From NCBI GenBank assembly GCA_051362555.1, contig CM120644.1:14840534-14904533 (forward strand): a DNA stretch of 64,000 nucleotides. Direction: 5' to 3'. Under the pieces are notes generated by a model that was not told the origin of the DNA, did not search any database, and saw nothing but the letters and a program-made list of their open reading frames with translations. Position numbers and translations under genes: made by a program. Below, in pieces: positions 1-14,000 of the stretch; the first letter of the stretch is position 1, and every line of letters starts with the position of its first letter. The stretch comes from Lingula anatina. Its lineage: Eukaryota > Animalia > Brachiopoda.

Positions 1-350
1 CTTTATTTCATGGGTACATTTTGGACAAAGAAAGCCAAGATATGAACTAGCTATTTGGTGCACATATTATTTTAAGTGTGTTGTATGTTAAAGAGGCAAA
101 TTATCAACAAATTATCAACATCCAGTAATTATCAACATCCAGTAATACTATGAGTGTCCATTTTAATACAGTACCTAACTGGGCCCTGAAGTATTATCAT
201 TTAATGTCCAGTGCCACTACAAGTATCTGTGTAAATGCCCAAGGCCCCATTCCCATATACACCATCGGTCTATGTGGATCGATCCAACTCTCCATCTTGG
301 AAGTTCAACCCCTTGTTTTAACGTCAATTCGAAAACCTATCCCCACTAAC

Positions 351-724
351 CTGTGTAGGTCCCATCTGCCTCTATCTTTACAGAGAAGAAGAAAGGCCTG
401 GACGTGTCTTTGGGGTCTATGCACGTGAACACCATCTGTAGTCTGTTCCCTGCAAAGTTAACAACCAGTTACAGTAATTATTCAAGAAGTTCAAACAACA
501 TGAATTATAAAATAGAAGTATTCTTTACTCAGAGACAAAATGATATCAGTCAAACATGGCGTCTTGGTCCCATTGTTTTACTAATGTGATTTGGTCGCTA
601 ACTAAAGAATAATAATTATTCTATTTTATTCCCCCATCTAGTGACAAGGTAAACCTCTTTCATAATATCAATCATGTTCTCACAAAATGAAAAAATTATA
701 ATATCTTTTCTTTACACACACAAT

Positions 725-759
<35 letters not shown>

Positions 760-2676
760 GGAAACACACCATACACGTGCTTCGACGTCATTTTCAGAAA
801 AAGAGAATTAATTAGTACTTTGAAACTTTGATATGACCTCAGAATTAGCTGTGCCTGTAAGGGATTGGATTGTGTGAAAGATACAAACCTGATGTTTTCT
901 TGAACTGTATTCCTAATCGGTCTTTAAACCATTCTGAAGCCTTTTGTAGTTCATCTAACCTCTGATGGGTGGCTTGTTCTTGGGCTGTTATTACTGCAGA
1001 AAATAAATGTATTTGATTTGTCCTAGCTTCACAAATTAGAAGGTAAAGACAAACATCGGTCAGGTGATATTATGATTATATATTGATAGCAAACAATCAT
1101 CTTTGGATGAAAGTGTTTTATTTTCTTATTGAGATAATTATAATTAAATAATGATTATCTTTTTACCAATTATCACATCCTTTCATCATATTTCTACAAA
1201 TTACTTATATTTATTTCCTATTGTAATAACAGTAATGTGTATGATCTCTGTACTGTCTTTGACTTCTTTTTAGATTTTCATAACAAGTAACTCACATTCT
1301 TTTTGCTTCTGAATGTATTCCTGCATGGACTTCATTTCCTCCATAGCAAGTTCTTTCTCTCTCAACAAAGAGTCTGTCTCTGTTGTCACTGTGCCAATGT
1401 CCTCCCTGAGCTGCTTCATTTTACCAATTCTTTCCTCCATGACTAAAAAAACAGTATGAACTTGTAAAAGAACTGCCACTGTACTGACTTCATTTCAATA
1501 CATCAACCTCAGCAAGCTTGCCTGTATTTTACTATGGGCAAAGAACATCATGATGGTCATTTCATAATATATGTATTCAGTTTTTATTTTTAAATGTGTT
1601 GTGTTCTTAATTGAAGCACAACATGTTAAACAGAAGATTTTCTGTTCAAAGGCACAGTTTCACAAAATATTTCCCATTAAAGTAATGCTTAATCAATCAA
1701 TATTTAATTAATATTTAATCAACTCAGTGATCCAAAAGCACATCTAATAATTGTTGTACACTTATTAATTGAAAGAAAAGTTAACTTCACATTTTCCTTA
1801 CCTTTCTGGTTCGTCTTTGCCTGACCTTTCAACTGCTCAAGTGTTGCTTTCAATGCTTCCATGTCCTCTGAAATAATACAGGAAAATATGCTTGTAGTAT
1901 TTACAAGTTATATTGTGAATGATCTTAAAAACAATGTACACATGAGCAAGACGGTCCTATTAAACATAGAAATGGATAGAAATGGAGCGAAATGGACCAA
2001 TATAGATCTCCTATTAAGTATAGTAAACCTCCTTGAGACCGTATTTGGGTTCTAGATCATAAAAATAATCTTACATTTGCACCAGAAAGGTGATATGCTG
2101 AACTTTCTAGAGATACATCGTCGGAGGTTGTAATCAGGTCAAGGTCGCCAGTTTCGGGGTGGACTCCAAATCGAGGCTGGTGTTGGGAGCACAGTTGCTC
2201 CACAGCAACAGAATTAGAATGTGAAGACCGAAACTGGCGACCTTGACCTAATTACAGCCTCCAACGATGTCAGCTGCTCACTATCCTTCAAGTCATCAGC
2301 CTGCATAGCCTCTGGGCTTGACACATACTTTTTTCTCCACTGGCCATCAGGCCCTAGAGGACAGGTAAACTTTACATGGGTTACTTGGCACATTAAATTT
2401 AACTTACCCTTTGGGCCAGTAACCCAGGCCTGTAATTCACTGGCCACAGATTGGTTTTCAGTGGCCCATGGCCAGCAGGCCACCTTTAAAGTGAAGCCCT
2501 GATAACATACCTTTTCCTTTCCTCATGACCTCCTCGTGCCTCTTCTTCTGCTCTGCCATGGCAGCAGTCATGTCTCCAGACCATTCTTCTAGGAACGTGT
2601 GCTGCACCTGGCTCAGCTTGGCTTTCAGGGTCTCTGTCTCTGCCTTCAACTCGTCTCCACTCCCGCTGGCACTCAT
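351..2676 (-). CDS. SPC25: Kinetochore protein Spc25 (Ndc80 complex); last exon lies left of the window
   Basis: Phase-consistent GT-AG exons 2676-2511 (ATG at 2676), 1867-1802, 1442-1296, 993-889 and 449-351. They encode an N-terminal coiled coil, then LQKASEWFKDRLGIQFKKTSGNRLQMVFTCIDPKDTSRPFFFSVKI, matching the Spc25 RWD-domain motif (DRLGL...LQFIFTNIDPK..PF.FS). Confidence 0.88.
2115..2269. repeat. Foldback / MITE-like inverted repeat in an SPC25 intron
   Basis: Arms of ~43 bp (acatcgtcggaggttgtaatcaggtcaaggtcgccagtttcgg and ccgaaactggcgaccttgacctaattacagcctccaacgatgt) with 3 mismatches. Confidence 0.8.
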
Positions 2677-3104
2677 CGCACTGAAGCGTTTAAAAGTAAC
2701 ACAGTATAACAGTCAAATAAATGCATGTTTAACTGCTAAATTTCTCTAAATTTTTATTCACCTACCCTATGACAGATTATCTTTGTTTTAGTTTAGTCTG
2801 AATTTATTGCACACAAATTTAGTCGTCTTAATCAAAGTAAAAAAGAACTAATCTGCAACATTACACTGTATATCTGTGTGCTCTGGCCTATAACGTAATG
2901 ACATTTGTTTCTGTTCAATCCCACAAGTGTCGGTAGCAATATTCAATAATGTTAAAATTTTGTTATAATTGTAAACGTTGTACACATGCACCTGTCTTTC
3001 CTCTTTTGTCACAGTAAGTGGCCTGAATAGGAGAACGTTAAAGAACTAAACATTCCAGATATATGCCATCACTGACTAGATGATCAACAGTATACGCTAC
3101 TCAC

Positions 3105-3527
3105 CACAACGCCATAGATCGGACAATAAATGTAGAAAATCGATAACGTTCACGTTCATACGTTGGCCGCCAACGATAAACAAGGTATACTATAGAAAGG
3201 TGGCAGCACTTTTCAAGAAAAGCAAGATTAAAATTACCTTTATGTTTCTGGTCGTTTATAACTCAATTTGGTCAATACTTGTCAAAAAAACTTTCTTTTT
3301 TGTGTCTCTCTGGAAAGCCAGAGAATGATGATTTGGTTTTGATCACATTTGTTGTTTAAAGTACTTGTTCATGTGTTGTATTGGATGAGCTGCCACCTAG
3401 CGACAACCTACATTTGCAGATTTCGATGACGTAGTCCACATTCACCATTTTCATTTTGATGATGAGACATCTTCCAACTTGGAATTTGTATTGAAAAAGT
3501 GACAGACAGGAGAGAAAAAACACGAGG
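3105..3527. promoter_or_regulatory. Putative bidirectional promoter shared by SPC25 and RAB18
   Basis: A probable SPC25 5'-UTR exon donor (GTGAG, minus strand, ~3104) and the RAB18 ATG (3528) diverge within ~430 bp. Transcription starts are inferred. Confidence 0.55.
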
Positions 3528-5100
3528 ATGAACGAATCTGAAGTCCTTACAACCCTCAAAATTCTCATCATAGGAGAAAGTGGTGTAGGGAAATCAAGGT
3601 AAGGTCAAATCCACCTTTGTTTACGTTTTTTCCAACTTCGTGCTGTGACATATTGCATTAGAAACACGTCCCCTACTCCTCAGTCTAGAATGTTCAAATA
3701 TCAATTGCGTCTTAAGAATTTGCCTGTAATACCAAGATCCAATTGCTTATTAGAATATTGGATTTCACCTGCTAGTTAAATATTCAAAAGCTTCCAGTGC
3801 TTAAATAAGTCACAGGAGAGTGAAATATTTATGGTGCACAGTGCAAATTATGCATGTTGATTGTTGTCAATTATCGCAATGTCATTGGCATCTTGCCATC
3901 AAACGGACACAGCTGGACATACATATGAGTAAGGAATTTCAACATAGATGTGTGAAACTGAACACTGGAAAAGACTTGTCTTGTAGCATTTTAGGTTGTA
4001 ATGGTCATATGATATTTACCAGAAGGACAGATCTTAACAGTGATCCTTGAATTAAGTCGGTTCAATCCTTAGCCTGTTATTTTCTCCTTGACCCAACTTG
4101 AGAAAAAGATTATTTTTTTAGAAAAAGCCCACCCCCCATAAATAATTTGCTGCCTAGAGGGTGGGCTTGAAGCCTATACAATTTTGTGACATGTACTCAT
4201 GTCACTAAATTTATGTGCCAGATATTTATCTATAGCATTTGTGTTTGTTAGACTTTACCCCCATTTTAATGCACGTCACTATCTAGATCATCTTCTTAAT
4301 CGACACAACAGTATAAGATGTACTGTAGTTGTGCCTCAAAGTGTCAGCATGTTCAGTGAATTTGGACAAAACCTTTAAGTCTCATATACCAAGGAATCAA
4401 ATTCCTTGCACAGTTGCAGATTTGGGGAGTGTTTCAAGGGGGGTCCTGACCCCCCTCCCTTCGTTTTCTGAAAAAAATCACATCAATGGCCCCCATCTTG
4501 AAATTAGAATTTTGAATAACTTAATTATAATTCTAAACTGTACCAAGTGGCACCATTTGCCTTCTGAAACACCAATACAGGCCCTGAACCCACTCCGCAG
4601 ACCCCTCCCACCCTTCAAATAATCCTGGATCTGCCCCTGCATGCATGCATATACATCGTGGAATGCTTTGTTTATTGTTAAATTTGTTTTGATTATACAA
4701 AGTAGCAATGGGGTCAAGTTAGTTTGTGGTAGAAGAAATTTGGAGTCTTGAAAAAAAAATGATAGGCATTTGAAAATTGTGATGTGTTACTGTACACAGT
4801 ATATAATATGTGTATATTTGGTAATCCCCATGTTTCTGTTTCAGTTTATTATTGAGATTCACAGATGATACATTTGACCCAGAGCAAGCAGCAACAATAG
4901 GTTTGTAACTTACTTTATCTATATGTTTAAAATCATGCAGTGTATTAAATGAATTTCCCTAATAATTTCAGCATATTTTCCTTAAAATCACCAAGATATA
5001 ACCTATTTAATTTGTTGAGAAAATTGCATTTATTAACTCATTTGTTAATTTAATTGTTTATACATTCATTATTGTAACATGTTTTATTTTCATTGTGATT

Positions 5101-5155
<55 letters not shown>

Positions 5156-6397
5156 TAATTAGTAGTAGCAGTAGTTGTAGTAGTTCTTGTGAGCGAAGAT
5201 TACTTGGATTTTTAAGTTTTGATTATAATAATAAATTGTTTTTAGGTGTTGACTTCAAAGTGAAGACATTGTCAGTAGATGGAAATAAAGCAAAATTAGC
5301 TATTTGGGTGAGTACTAGTAATGATAATAATAATAATTATCTTCAACCGAAAATAGGATGTTATGTACCAGTAAAAAGTAAAACTGCTCAAAAGAGATAA
5401 AATGTAAAGGAGTTCATTTTCTTCCTAATTTGAAAAAAAGAAAAGTTATTGCAGTGTTGAAAGTCAAACAACAACTGTTACAATGCTTCATCTTACCACA
5501 GTAAAACCATTTTGCACCTAAAAATATAAAGAGATTGCTTGCCATATCACCATGTTGCATAGTGGGATGTAACCATGTTGTCCCCTGTATATTTTGACAT
5601 CCATAAGGAATCTGTTAAAAGTTGCACTGACAAAGAAATGATGCTGTTACTTACTATAATAAATCACTATTCAAATATTGTTACACAATTTATCATGTAA
5701 TGTATCACTGTAATTTCTATTCAGGATACTGCGGGCCAGGAGAGGTTTAGGACCCTGACACCCAGCTACTACAGAGGAGCACAGGGGGTTATATTAGGTA
5801 TTTACATGGAAATTCAGAGACTCCATTCCCATAGTCACCATCTGCCTACATAGATCGATCCAACTCTGCAGGGACTCTCCCTGCATGAAATCAGTTTAAC
5901 TGAATGGCATGCCTCCTCCTGAGGTTGAGTAGAATACAGAAGAGTTGATGGTTATATAAGTGGCTATTCCCACAGATATTTAGATTGATCTATCCCCCTG
6001 GGGAGTCACACTAGATTGCTGTCAGCTTAATTGGCTTAAATGTCTGTCCCGCCTACTGTACGGGGCCTGGGGTAATTAACTTTTGTGCGCACTCGGCTCC
6101 CGGAAGCTGACAGCAATTTAGCGTGAACCCCCATGGAGTTGGGTCGATCCAGATGGATCGATCTAAATCAGTGGGAACCCATTCTAAGTGCGTTGGAAAT
6201 GAGAGGAGGCATGTCATTCAGTTAAGCTGATTGTGAGAGTCCCTGCAAAGTTGGGCCGATCCACGCAGATCGAAAGGGTCTTAGCGTTGTTGGATATTAA
6301 ATGAGGATATCATGGGTAGAATGGTATAATCCTGGTAGAAAGAAACAAAAAGAGCAAAAAGATAGATGCATAGAAAAATGTTCTTAAAAATGTTGTA

Positions 6398-6445
<48 letters not shown>

Positions 6446-7875
6446 CTTTTTTTAAATTTTTTTTTTATTACAGTGTATGATGTTGCCAACAAACAGACTT
6501 TCCAGAGGTTAGATAACTGGTTGAGTGAATTAGAAACTTTTGCTACAAAGCATGATTTAATAAAAATGGTGGTAGGAAATAAGATTGACAAGGTAAGTAA
6601 AATGGGAATTGTGAAACTAAATATTATATACCCGGTATCACCCATAATCATGATAATGCTGATAAAATTGTTAAAGTAATGCATGAGGCATTTATATTTT
6701 TGCTCAGTGTACAAAATATAATTTTTGTACATTTTTGGTGTATAAAGGTAGTGATGATATTATGTAATATGCTGTTATAATGTATTTTATACAAGAATCA
6801 GACACAGCTAGTAGTGACTGTAAATACATACTTGTGTAACTTTATTTTAAAAATATATATATATATATATATTTCCCATTGAAGGAAGGCCGTGAAATTA
6901 GCAGGGAAGAAGGTTTAAAATTTGCCAGGAAACACAGAACACTATTCATTGAAGCCAGCGCAAAGACAAAAGAAGGCGTACAATGTGCATTTGAGGAATT
7001 AGTAGAAAAGGTAGGACCTTGATCATGAGGGGACTCGAGGTTTGGAGTAGAAAGGGGAGATGCATGGTAAACTGACCCAAGGCACAGAGAGGGGGGGTGG
7101 GTTTATTGGGAAGGGACACGGACACACACACACACACATTTTTTTTTTAATCAGAGTGCCAGATTTTACCCTTGTCCTGCCTCATTTTACAAATTTATTA
7201 TGAATTATGAATAGGAATTATACTGTCAAATGATTTGCTCAAATTAGAGTTATTGATATGTATTACATTGTTTTCACTTAAGATTTAAATCTCTGTGCTT
7301 TCTTTACTAGTTTTGACTAATGAACTGAGTAATTTTAATGAAATATTTAATGTTTACAAACTTTGTTTATTATTTTAATTTTTAAGGGAAACAGTTGTCA
7401 GGGAAGTTGAGGGGAAGGGGGGTTGTAGCACTCATCTTGAGGCTAGTTTTATCAATTCAATAATAATTGCAGGTGCAGCTAATTCCTTTTCTATACCTCA
7501 ACTAATCTGTTCTTTTAACTAATGTTAAAGTTAATCACTTACTTTGGTACAAAATTATTTATGAAACTGTAACTGCTACATTTCGCTTTCATCACAAGAA
7601 CACTAACAGGTGGAATGGCCGCAGGTTGTGGGACGTATGCTCAAAAGAAATTCCAAAATTGTTGTGTCGCAGTTCCAAAGTAAGAAATTATTATGACTGG
7701 AACTATAGTAAATAAAAATCCATAGAACCATAGGCAGTCTAATAGATAATCTGTTCTTTTAATGTACTTTCAGATTATCCAGACTCCTGGCCTGTGGGAG
7801 GCAGATCAACAATCTGGCCTGTCATTAGGGAAAGGAATCACTGATGCACAACAGTCTTGTTACTGTGTCTTGTAA
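3528..7875 (+). CDS. RAB18: Ras-related small GTPase Rab18
   Basis: GT-AG exons 3528-3598, 4845-4900, 5246-5307, 5725-5797, 6474-6592, 6885-7010 and 7774-7875. Translation includes [84 protein letters not shown], then [20 protein letters not shown] and a C-terminal prenylation motif CYCVL*. Confidence 0.96.
4411..4639. mobile_element. CAG(G/T)GGCGGATC-ended MITE family copy; relatives at ~14694-14857, 17897-17998 and ending at 51098
   Basis: Ends cagttgcagattt...aatcctggatctgcccctg. The same aaataatcctggatc(t/c)gcccctg end recurs at ~51076-51098. Confidence 0.6.
5835..6275. mobile_element. ~440-bp palindromic MITE in RAB18 intron 4; dispersed family
   Basis: Nested inverted arms 5851-5879/6235-6263, ~5967-5990/~6153-6177 and ~6006-6028/~6103-6125. 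Related sequence occurs at ~264-292, ~36150-36265, ~49228-49430 and ~56545-56637. Confidence 0.75.
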
Positions 7876-8092
7876 ACTGATATGTTTAAATAGTCTTCTG
7901 AGGACTGGACCAACAACATGTGATGTGAAATACTACATGATTGTGTGATCAAGATGTGTTTTTATCTCAACCAGGACTGTGTGTCACCCCTAACACAATT
8001 TGCAGCTAGAATTATGAGGCGTGTGATTACAGTGATAAAATTATGATACTAGTATGTACTAGTACATTGATCGTAGCCAGTACTGTCCCTTA

Positions 8093-8146
<54 letters not shown>

Positions 8147-8200
8147 CGCGTTCGCGCACATACACACACCAATATATCTCCCCTCTGTCTGTCTGTCTGA

Positions 8201-8240
<40 letters not shown>
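8093..8240. repeat. Compound (CT)n/(CA)n microsatellite in the probable RAB18 3' UTR
   Basis: Runs of CT and CA read directly from the sequence. Confidence 0.9.
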
Positions 8241-10743
8241 TGGACAAGGATTAACAGTCACAATCTTTCCCTTTCACATTCAAAACCACTGATAAAATAC
8301 ATTAAAAAACGAAGCTTAGCTAAGTAAATATTTAAAAAACAGACTGTATCACTTCTGTTTTTCAAGTCATTAGTAGCAGGATCTTAATCATGTCTGTACA
8401 GATACACGATGTTAAAGGTAGTCAACTGATTGTGGAAGGACGCATTCCCATTGATGCTATATATGCATATAAACACAAGTCAAATTCATTTTGATGACAC
8501 AGCTATGCTTATAAAACTTCCTTGTTGCATGTTTAAATGCAGCTTCTTCAAGTTTTATTTATCTTTTTAGAAACATGAAAAAGGTCTTGAAATCTGGGCC
8601 TGCTTGGTCTTTGTTGAACAATGTATAAATAATTTAACCACATATGCTGATTGACATAATAAAGCAATTATAGATTTTGTTAATTCCATTACTGTTTTGC
8701 CTTGAGTATTTTATTTATTTACAGTACAACAACCATATTGATTTTATTGCCAGTTAAGAAGGTTAGGATAAGCAATGAATTAACAAGCTGTTAACTTGCT
8801 GTGAACAGGCCAAACAAAATTGATAAGTTGGTTTACAAGAATGCCTGTCCCTGTTTTTTTTTTTTTTTTTTGGGGGGGGGATTTTAAATTTCATTTTTTT
8901 ATGTAAAAAATGCATTGGGTGTTGGTTTGTTGATTTTCAGAAAATTAAAGCTGGCCACATAAAAAATCTTAATGCTGTTGTTTTAACGATTTCTTCCCCC
9001 AGCCCCCACCCCCCCCCCCCCCCCCCCCCGCCCGCTCCTCCAAAAGATGAAAAGAAGAAGACGTTATATATTATTTTAAAAATAAAATGTGTCCGCTGAC
9101 CCCACTAACAGAGAGAAACCACTCCTTAACCAACTTGTCTTTATTTTGTCAGGCCTAATTGTCACATTTTAAGACATAGCATGGTTTCTCTTACAAATTT
9201 GTTCTCTTAATGGCAAAAGTTTAAAGATTTTCATTTGAAAGAATAACGCAAAAAAGCTGTGTAATTTGAATTTAGATTTAAAATGTTCATGTTATGTGTA
9301 CTTGGGAAGTTGAAAATGTTAACATTATTGGTACTTTTAATTCAGTAAAATGATAAAAGTGGGAAGTTAAACTCAGACTGGAAATGTTCATGTTAGGTGT
9401 CTTTCAAATTAGGAAAGTAGAAATGTTGATATTTATTCAATACTTTCAGGTCAAATTTAGGCTGTAGATTTTCATGAAATGTTTCTTAGGTAATAACATG
9501 TTTATATCATTTAGTTATTTCTTATACAAAGAAAATTGCCTTATATTTATATTATGCATATATTGAGATGAGAATTTCATCTTTTTGTTTATTATGTACT
9601 AAGGTTAGCAATCGCATATGGTTTATTTATTTTTATTTATTTATTTTTTGTCAGGGTAGGCCACTCGTGTTTGCGTTATCAGTTGATGATAAATTTGTGC
9701 ATTTTTCATCCTAGTGAAAATAAAGATTTTCAGTTGCTACAAACAGTAACCTGAAAAATACTATATGCACTTCAGAGTTCTTGGTCAGCTTCTGAGTAGA
9801 TCGAGTATTGATTCCATTCAAGTTAAGTAGACTGATTTCGTACGACCCATTTTAGAAAAAATCTAAAGTTCTTGAGCAAAGCTTGGTTTAAATTAGTTAA
9901 CGCACTTTGCAAAGTCAACTTTTGATGATGATGGGCCTACAGCAGGAGTGCTTGATGCATATTTGGACCACTTTAACTAATGATACTAAAAACATTCATC
10001 GAGTCAAGTTTTTTTTTTTTTTTTTTTTTTTTCAAAACTAAGCCTGGTTTGTGTTTGATGCTCACTGTGTACTAGCTACCAGTAGATCCAAACTTTTTGT
10101 TTTCTTAGTAATAATTCAGTTGAATTATCTATGTAACATTAAAAAACTGTAACTTTTCTCACCTTGTATTTTTGTGACTCAGTCCCATTGAGTCCCATTG
10201 ATTTTATTCATGCGACCAAAAGGAAAAAAAGACTATTGCAAAACTCTTAATATGTCGGGTATTCGACATTGTGATTGCAGTTTCAACTAATCTGAACGAC
10301 TTTTCTCGGTGAGAATTCAATCGACTTGTGATTCGTATCGTATGTACTGAGAGAGAAAGACTAAATTCTAAATCGAGGCTCCCAAAAGGAGAGTAGGTGA
10401 ACTATATTTTGTTATGCAAATCAGGTGAGCATTTTGGTGAGAGGTGTTCAGGTAGAACCAAGGTCAGCAGAAGATGGAAGAGGAAGATGTCTCATGCCAC
10501 GTTGCTACATTTTCCACATGTAGGGCGAAGATTTGGCGCTGAAAACGGCAACAGTTTGTAGTGAGTACTGCATAGATGTTGTAACATATGCCTATGTAAC
10601 ATTGCTTATTTAGCGTTGACAGTATTTGTCCAGAATGGTGCATTTTTATCATTAGCAATATACGCAGTTTTACCTGCTTGCTAGTATTTGGCTGGTGCGT
10701 ACGATTCTTTCACTCAAGATTCATAGTCAGTTTGGAGTTTAAA

Positions 10744-10775
<32 letters not shown>

Positions 10776-13700
10776 TGTTTCTTTTTCAGAGTGAACGAAT
10801 TTGCTGTAAAAGGAAAAAGGGCCTTTTCTGAATGCGTCGTCCGTCTTACATAATGTACGAGGAACAGGCAGGTATATGTACGTTAACCTACATTGGTAGC
10901 TTCTTATTCACACATTTTTTTAATTCTGACGACGGTAATTTGCATCTTTTTAAGTATTGGAAATATCATGATTATTTACGTTAACTGTCAACAAACGTTA
11001 CCTACAGAATTAGAATTAGAATTACCAAGAAAGAAAGCAACTTAATATTTGCTTGTTAATGAGTAGATATAAGTCACTTCCAAGACTGCGATACTCGTGA
11101 TTATATTTACACATGATATCATCTGTAACATGATATAACAGTCTGTGTTAAAATTTGATTGAAGAAGGTCTACCTTAAGTATATCGCGTATGTAATACTA
11201 CTCAACGTCCCCCTCCCACCCCAAAAAAAGAACGAATATAGAAAAAGCAAAAAATCTCAAACCTTTTGCATAAAAATTGAAAATTGCTGTTTTCTACTGT
11301 TTTATATACTCGGAGAAGCAAGACAAATTATTTCATCATTGTGCCCCTATTCCCCCAGATTTGACGGTGAAAAGGTACTGCCAGTATAATTTTTTTCCCT
11401 TAGATGTTGTTAATTTTTTTTGTAAACCACATCCTTTTTACAAATGTGTAATATCTTTTTTTTTTTAACTCTTCTTACTTTTAATTTCAGTTAACTACCG
11501 ACTTCAAAAAGATTGGAGATTGGATGCGTCCTCAGCCAAAGAAAACACATTCGTGTTCGATAGTGAAGATTGTACTGCTTGTCGAAGTTTGTCTTCCAGA
11601 TAATTTGCAGGGTTGACATTTAATATGGAATTTAATATCAATTTTTGTCATTTGATACAGCATTTACTTTGGGTTGTAATATTTAAGAAAAAAGGGAGAG
11701 TCAAATGAAATACAAAGTAACGCATTTGATTGATGAAACGTGTGAATACCATGAAAAAAAATTAAAGAAATTGATGCTTAAAGTGTGCCAAACGTCAACC
11801 CTGCATTTTGCTGGTATAAATACTAGAGTAGATACATGTGATATCTAGTCATTGTACAGAACTCCTACCGTTCGTGGTATTTTTTACTGTAATTTTTAAT
11901 ACATTTTTGGCTGGAGCGGTTAAAATTAGTTTTTGAAAAGCCTAGAAGTGATACTTTTGGAGTTCTCCTTTGATAATTAACTTTTTAACATCAAAATCGA
12001 TTTGAAGATCAGGTCAGACAAAATTGATGACTGGTTTACAAGCGTCGACTTTCTGTGGACAGGGTTGTATGATTGAAATTATTTTTTTGCGTTATAAACA
12101 TGTGGTGTTTAAATAGTAGCTAAATTTTAGGGCCAATCTTTTCAGAAAAAAATCCCATCTGCCAAACCAAAGTTAATAACAGTCTTTTCATAAAAAATTC
12201 ACTCACATCACTCGAAAAGAATGAGCGCGAGAAATTTATTTCCTCAAAAGTATTGTTGGTCCCGCTCGTTTCAGAAGTCATCAAATTTTTGTCTGACCTA
12301 AGAATGCTGTGTGTGCGCAAATCTGCAATAATGCACTTAGTTCTGCATTTGTAGAGGTGTTTTGAAATATAATATAAAATATAAACATTTTGGTAAAGTT
12401 GATGTTTGGGAAGAAAAATACGTTGTCGCAACCCCATCAAACGTCCATTTTCCGAGATGCAAATTTTGTGCGTTTTGTTGAAGGAGAGAATGAGGTGTAA
12501 ATTTTCATAAACTTAATTACTTGTTGACTTGTTCTAAAAAAATCTTCAAAAATTAGTATTGAGAAGCTGACACGTACCAACATTTTTGCAGAATTGCTCA
12601 CACTTACAGACAAATATACGATTGTGATGCATGCTAAGAATAAACTTGCTTTGGTTTTCGGTGTTTTGATTTTGTGTTTCTGATCAGTTTCTGACAGGCC
12701 CTTATTTTTAATGCTGGAAGGGTACTACATTTTTGCTTTAGGAAAATGAAACCAGGGTCGGGATATTTTGATTTATCTCAAAATCATCATTTGTTTTTGC
12801 AGTAAGAACCTTTGACATTTGAAAATTCTTTCTCAAAATCAAATTAATTTCTTATGCGTTGAAAACAAATAGAATATTTGGGTAACGAGTCGAAGGCATT
12901 TTGGCGACCAACTTTTCCAAAGGAGACGAGAAACGAGTTAATAGTACTTTTACAAAATAAACCTTTACAAACTTTTTCTAACTTCTACAAATTTTATGAT
13001 AGTACCTTGTATCTTTAATCAAATGCACAGAAATCTAAATCCTATCACAATGTTTACATTCATTAGTTTGAAATTTTCGACTCGCCAACTTGAACAGAAT
13101 TTCACAGCTAGTTTTCTATGTCTGAAAATACTAGCAGTACTTACTAAATTTTATTTTGGGGCTAATTGTCTGCTGATCAGAGAAAACCGCAAACCAAGGT
13201 GAGTCTGTTAGCACTGTCTGAATGAATGTGTGAAGTTTTTCCAAGTAAAAGGATTTTTGCGTAACAGTTTTATTTGTATAATATACATGGCTTTGACTTT
13301 GATAATCTTGTAAACTGACCATGTCCTTGTCGTACCAGATTGGCACACTGTTAAAAATTTGTTTCATGCAATATTGTCCTATCAAGTACCTATTCTAGGA
13401 TTTAATGTGAAAACAAAATGATGCATATCATGAGCTACATTAATCAATGAGCAAAATAACGAATCTTACTTTTGGGATTGCCATCAAAACGACATACATG
13501 CAGAACAAGGTGTGCTTGTCTGGGTAACACGGAAATGAGATCATATGCATTTTGAATTTTGAATTTTGGATATTTTTCTCATCGCTTAATTTGGACAAAA
13601 TTTTCATCAAAGAAATGACATAAACACTTTCAACGAAAATTCCAAATTATAATTTGATTTGGATTTCAGTATTCAATATTTTATATTCAGTTTGTCTGTT

Positions 13701-14000
13701 AGTTCTGGTCAAAATTTTAAAAGTTTTTTGGCGGATCATTATAATATATTCCTGACCTTTTATATATTAGTCAAAGCAGAAAATCATTTCAGCTGCAATT
13801 TTCAAAATGCATAATTATCTTTGGCATTTTTTAACTTGGCCTGGAGTTTTAAACTGCATCATGTTACAAAACCATTTGTACTTGAGAAAAATCTTTTTTT
13901 ATTTGCTTAAACTTTCTCTGGCAATAGGAACTGTATATGTTATATTTTGTTTCAAAAATTAAAATAAATATTCTTGTATTTCACTTGTTCTATATTTTCC

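Noticed and set aside
9001-9035. Poly-C tract as a functional G-quadruplex
   Set aside because: Similar homopolymer runs are scattered through the window with nothing to support a function.
10474-10560. In-frame TGA as selenocysteine
   Set aside because: The next putative exon has stops in all frames, and I saw no selenoprotein motif or SECIS-like element.
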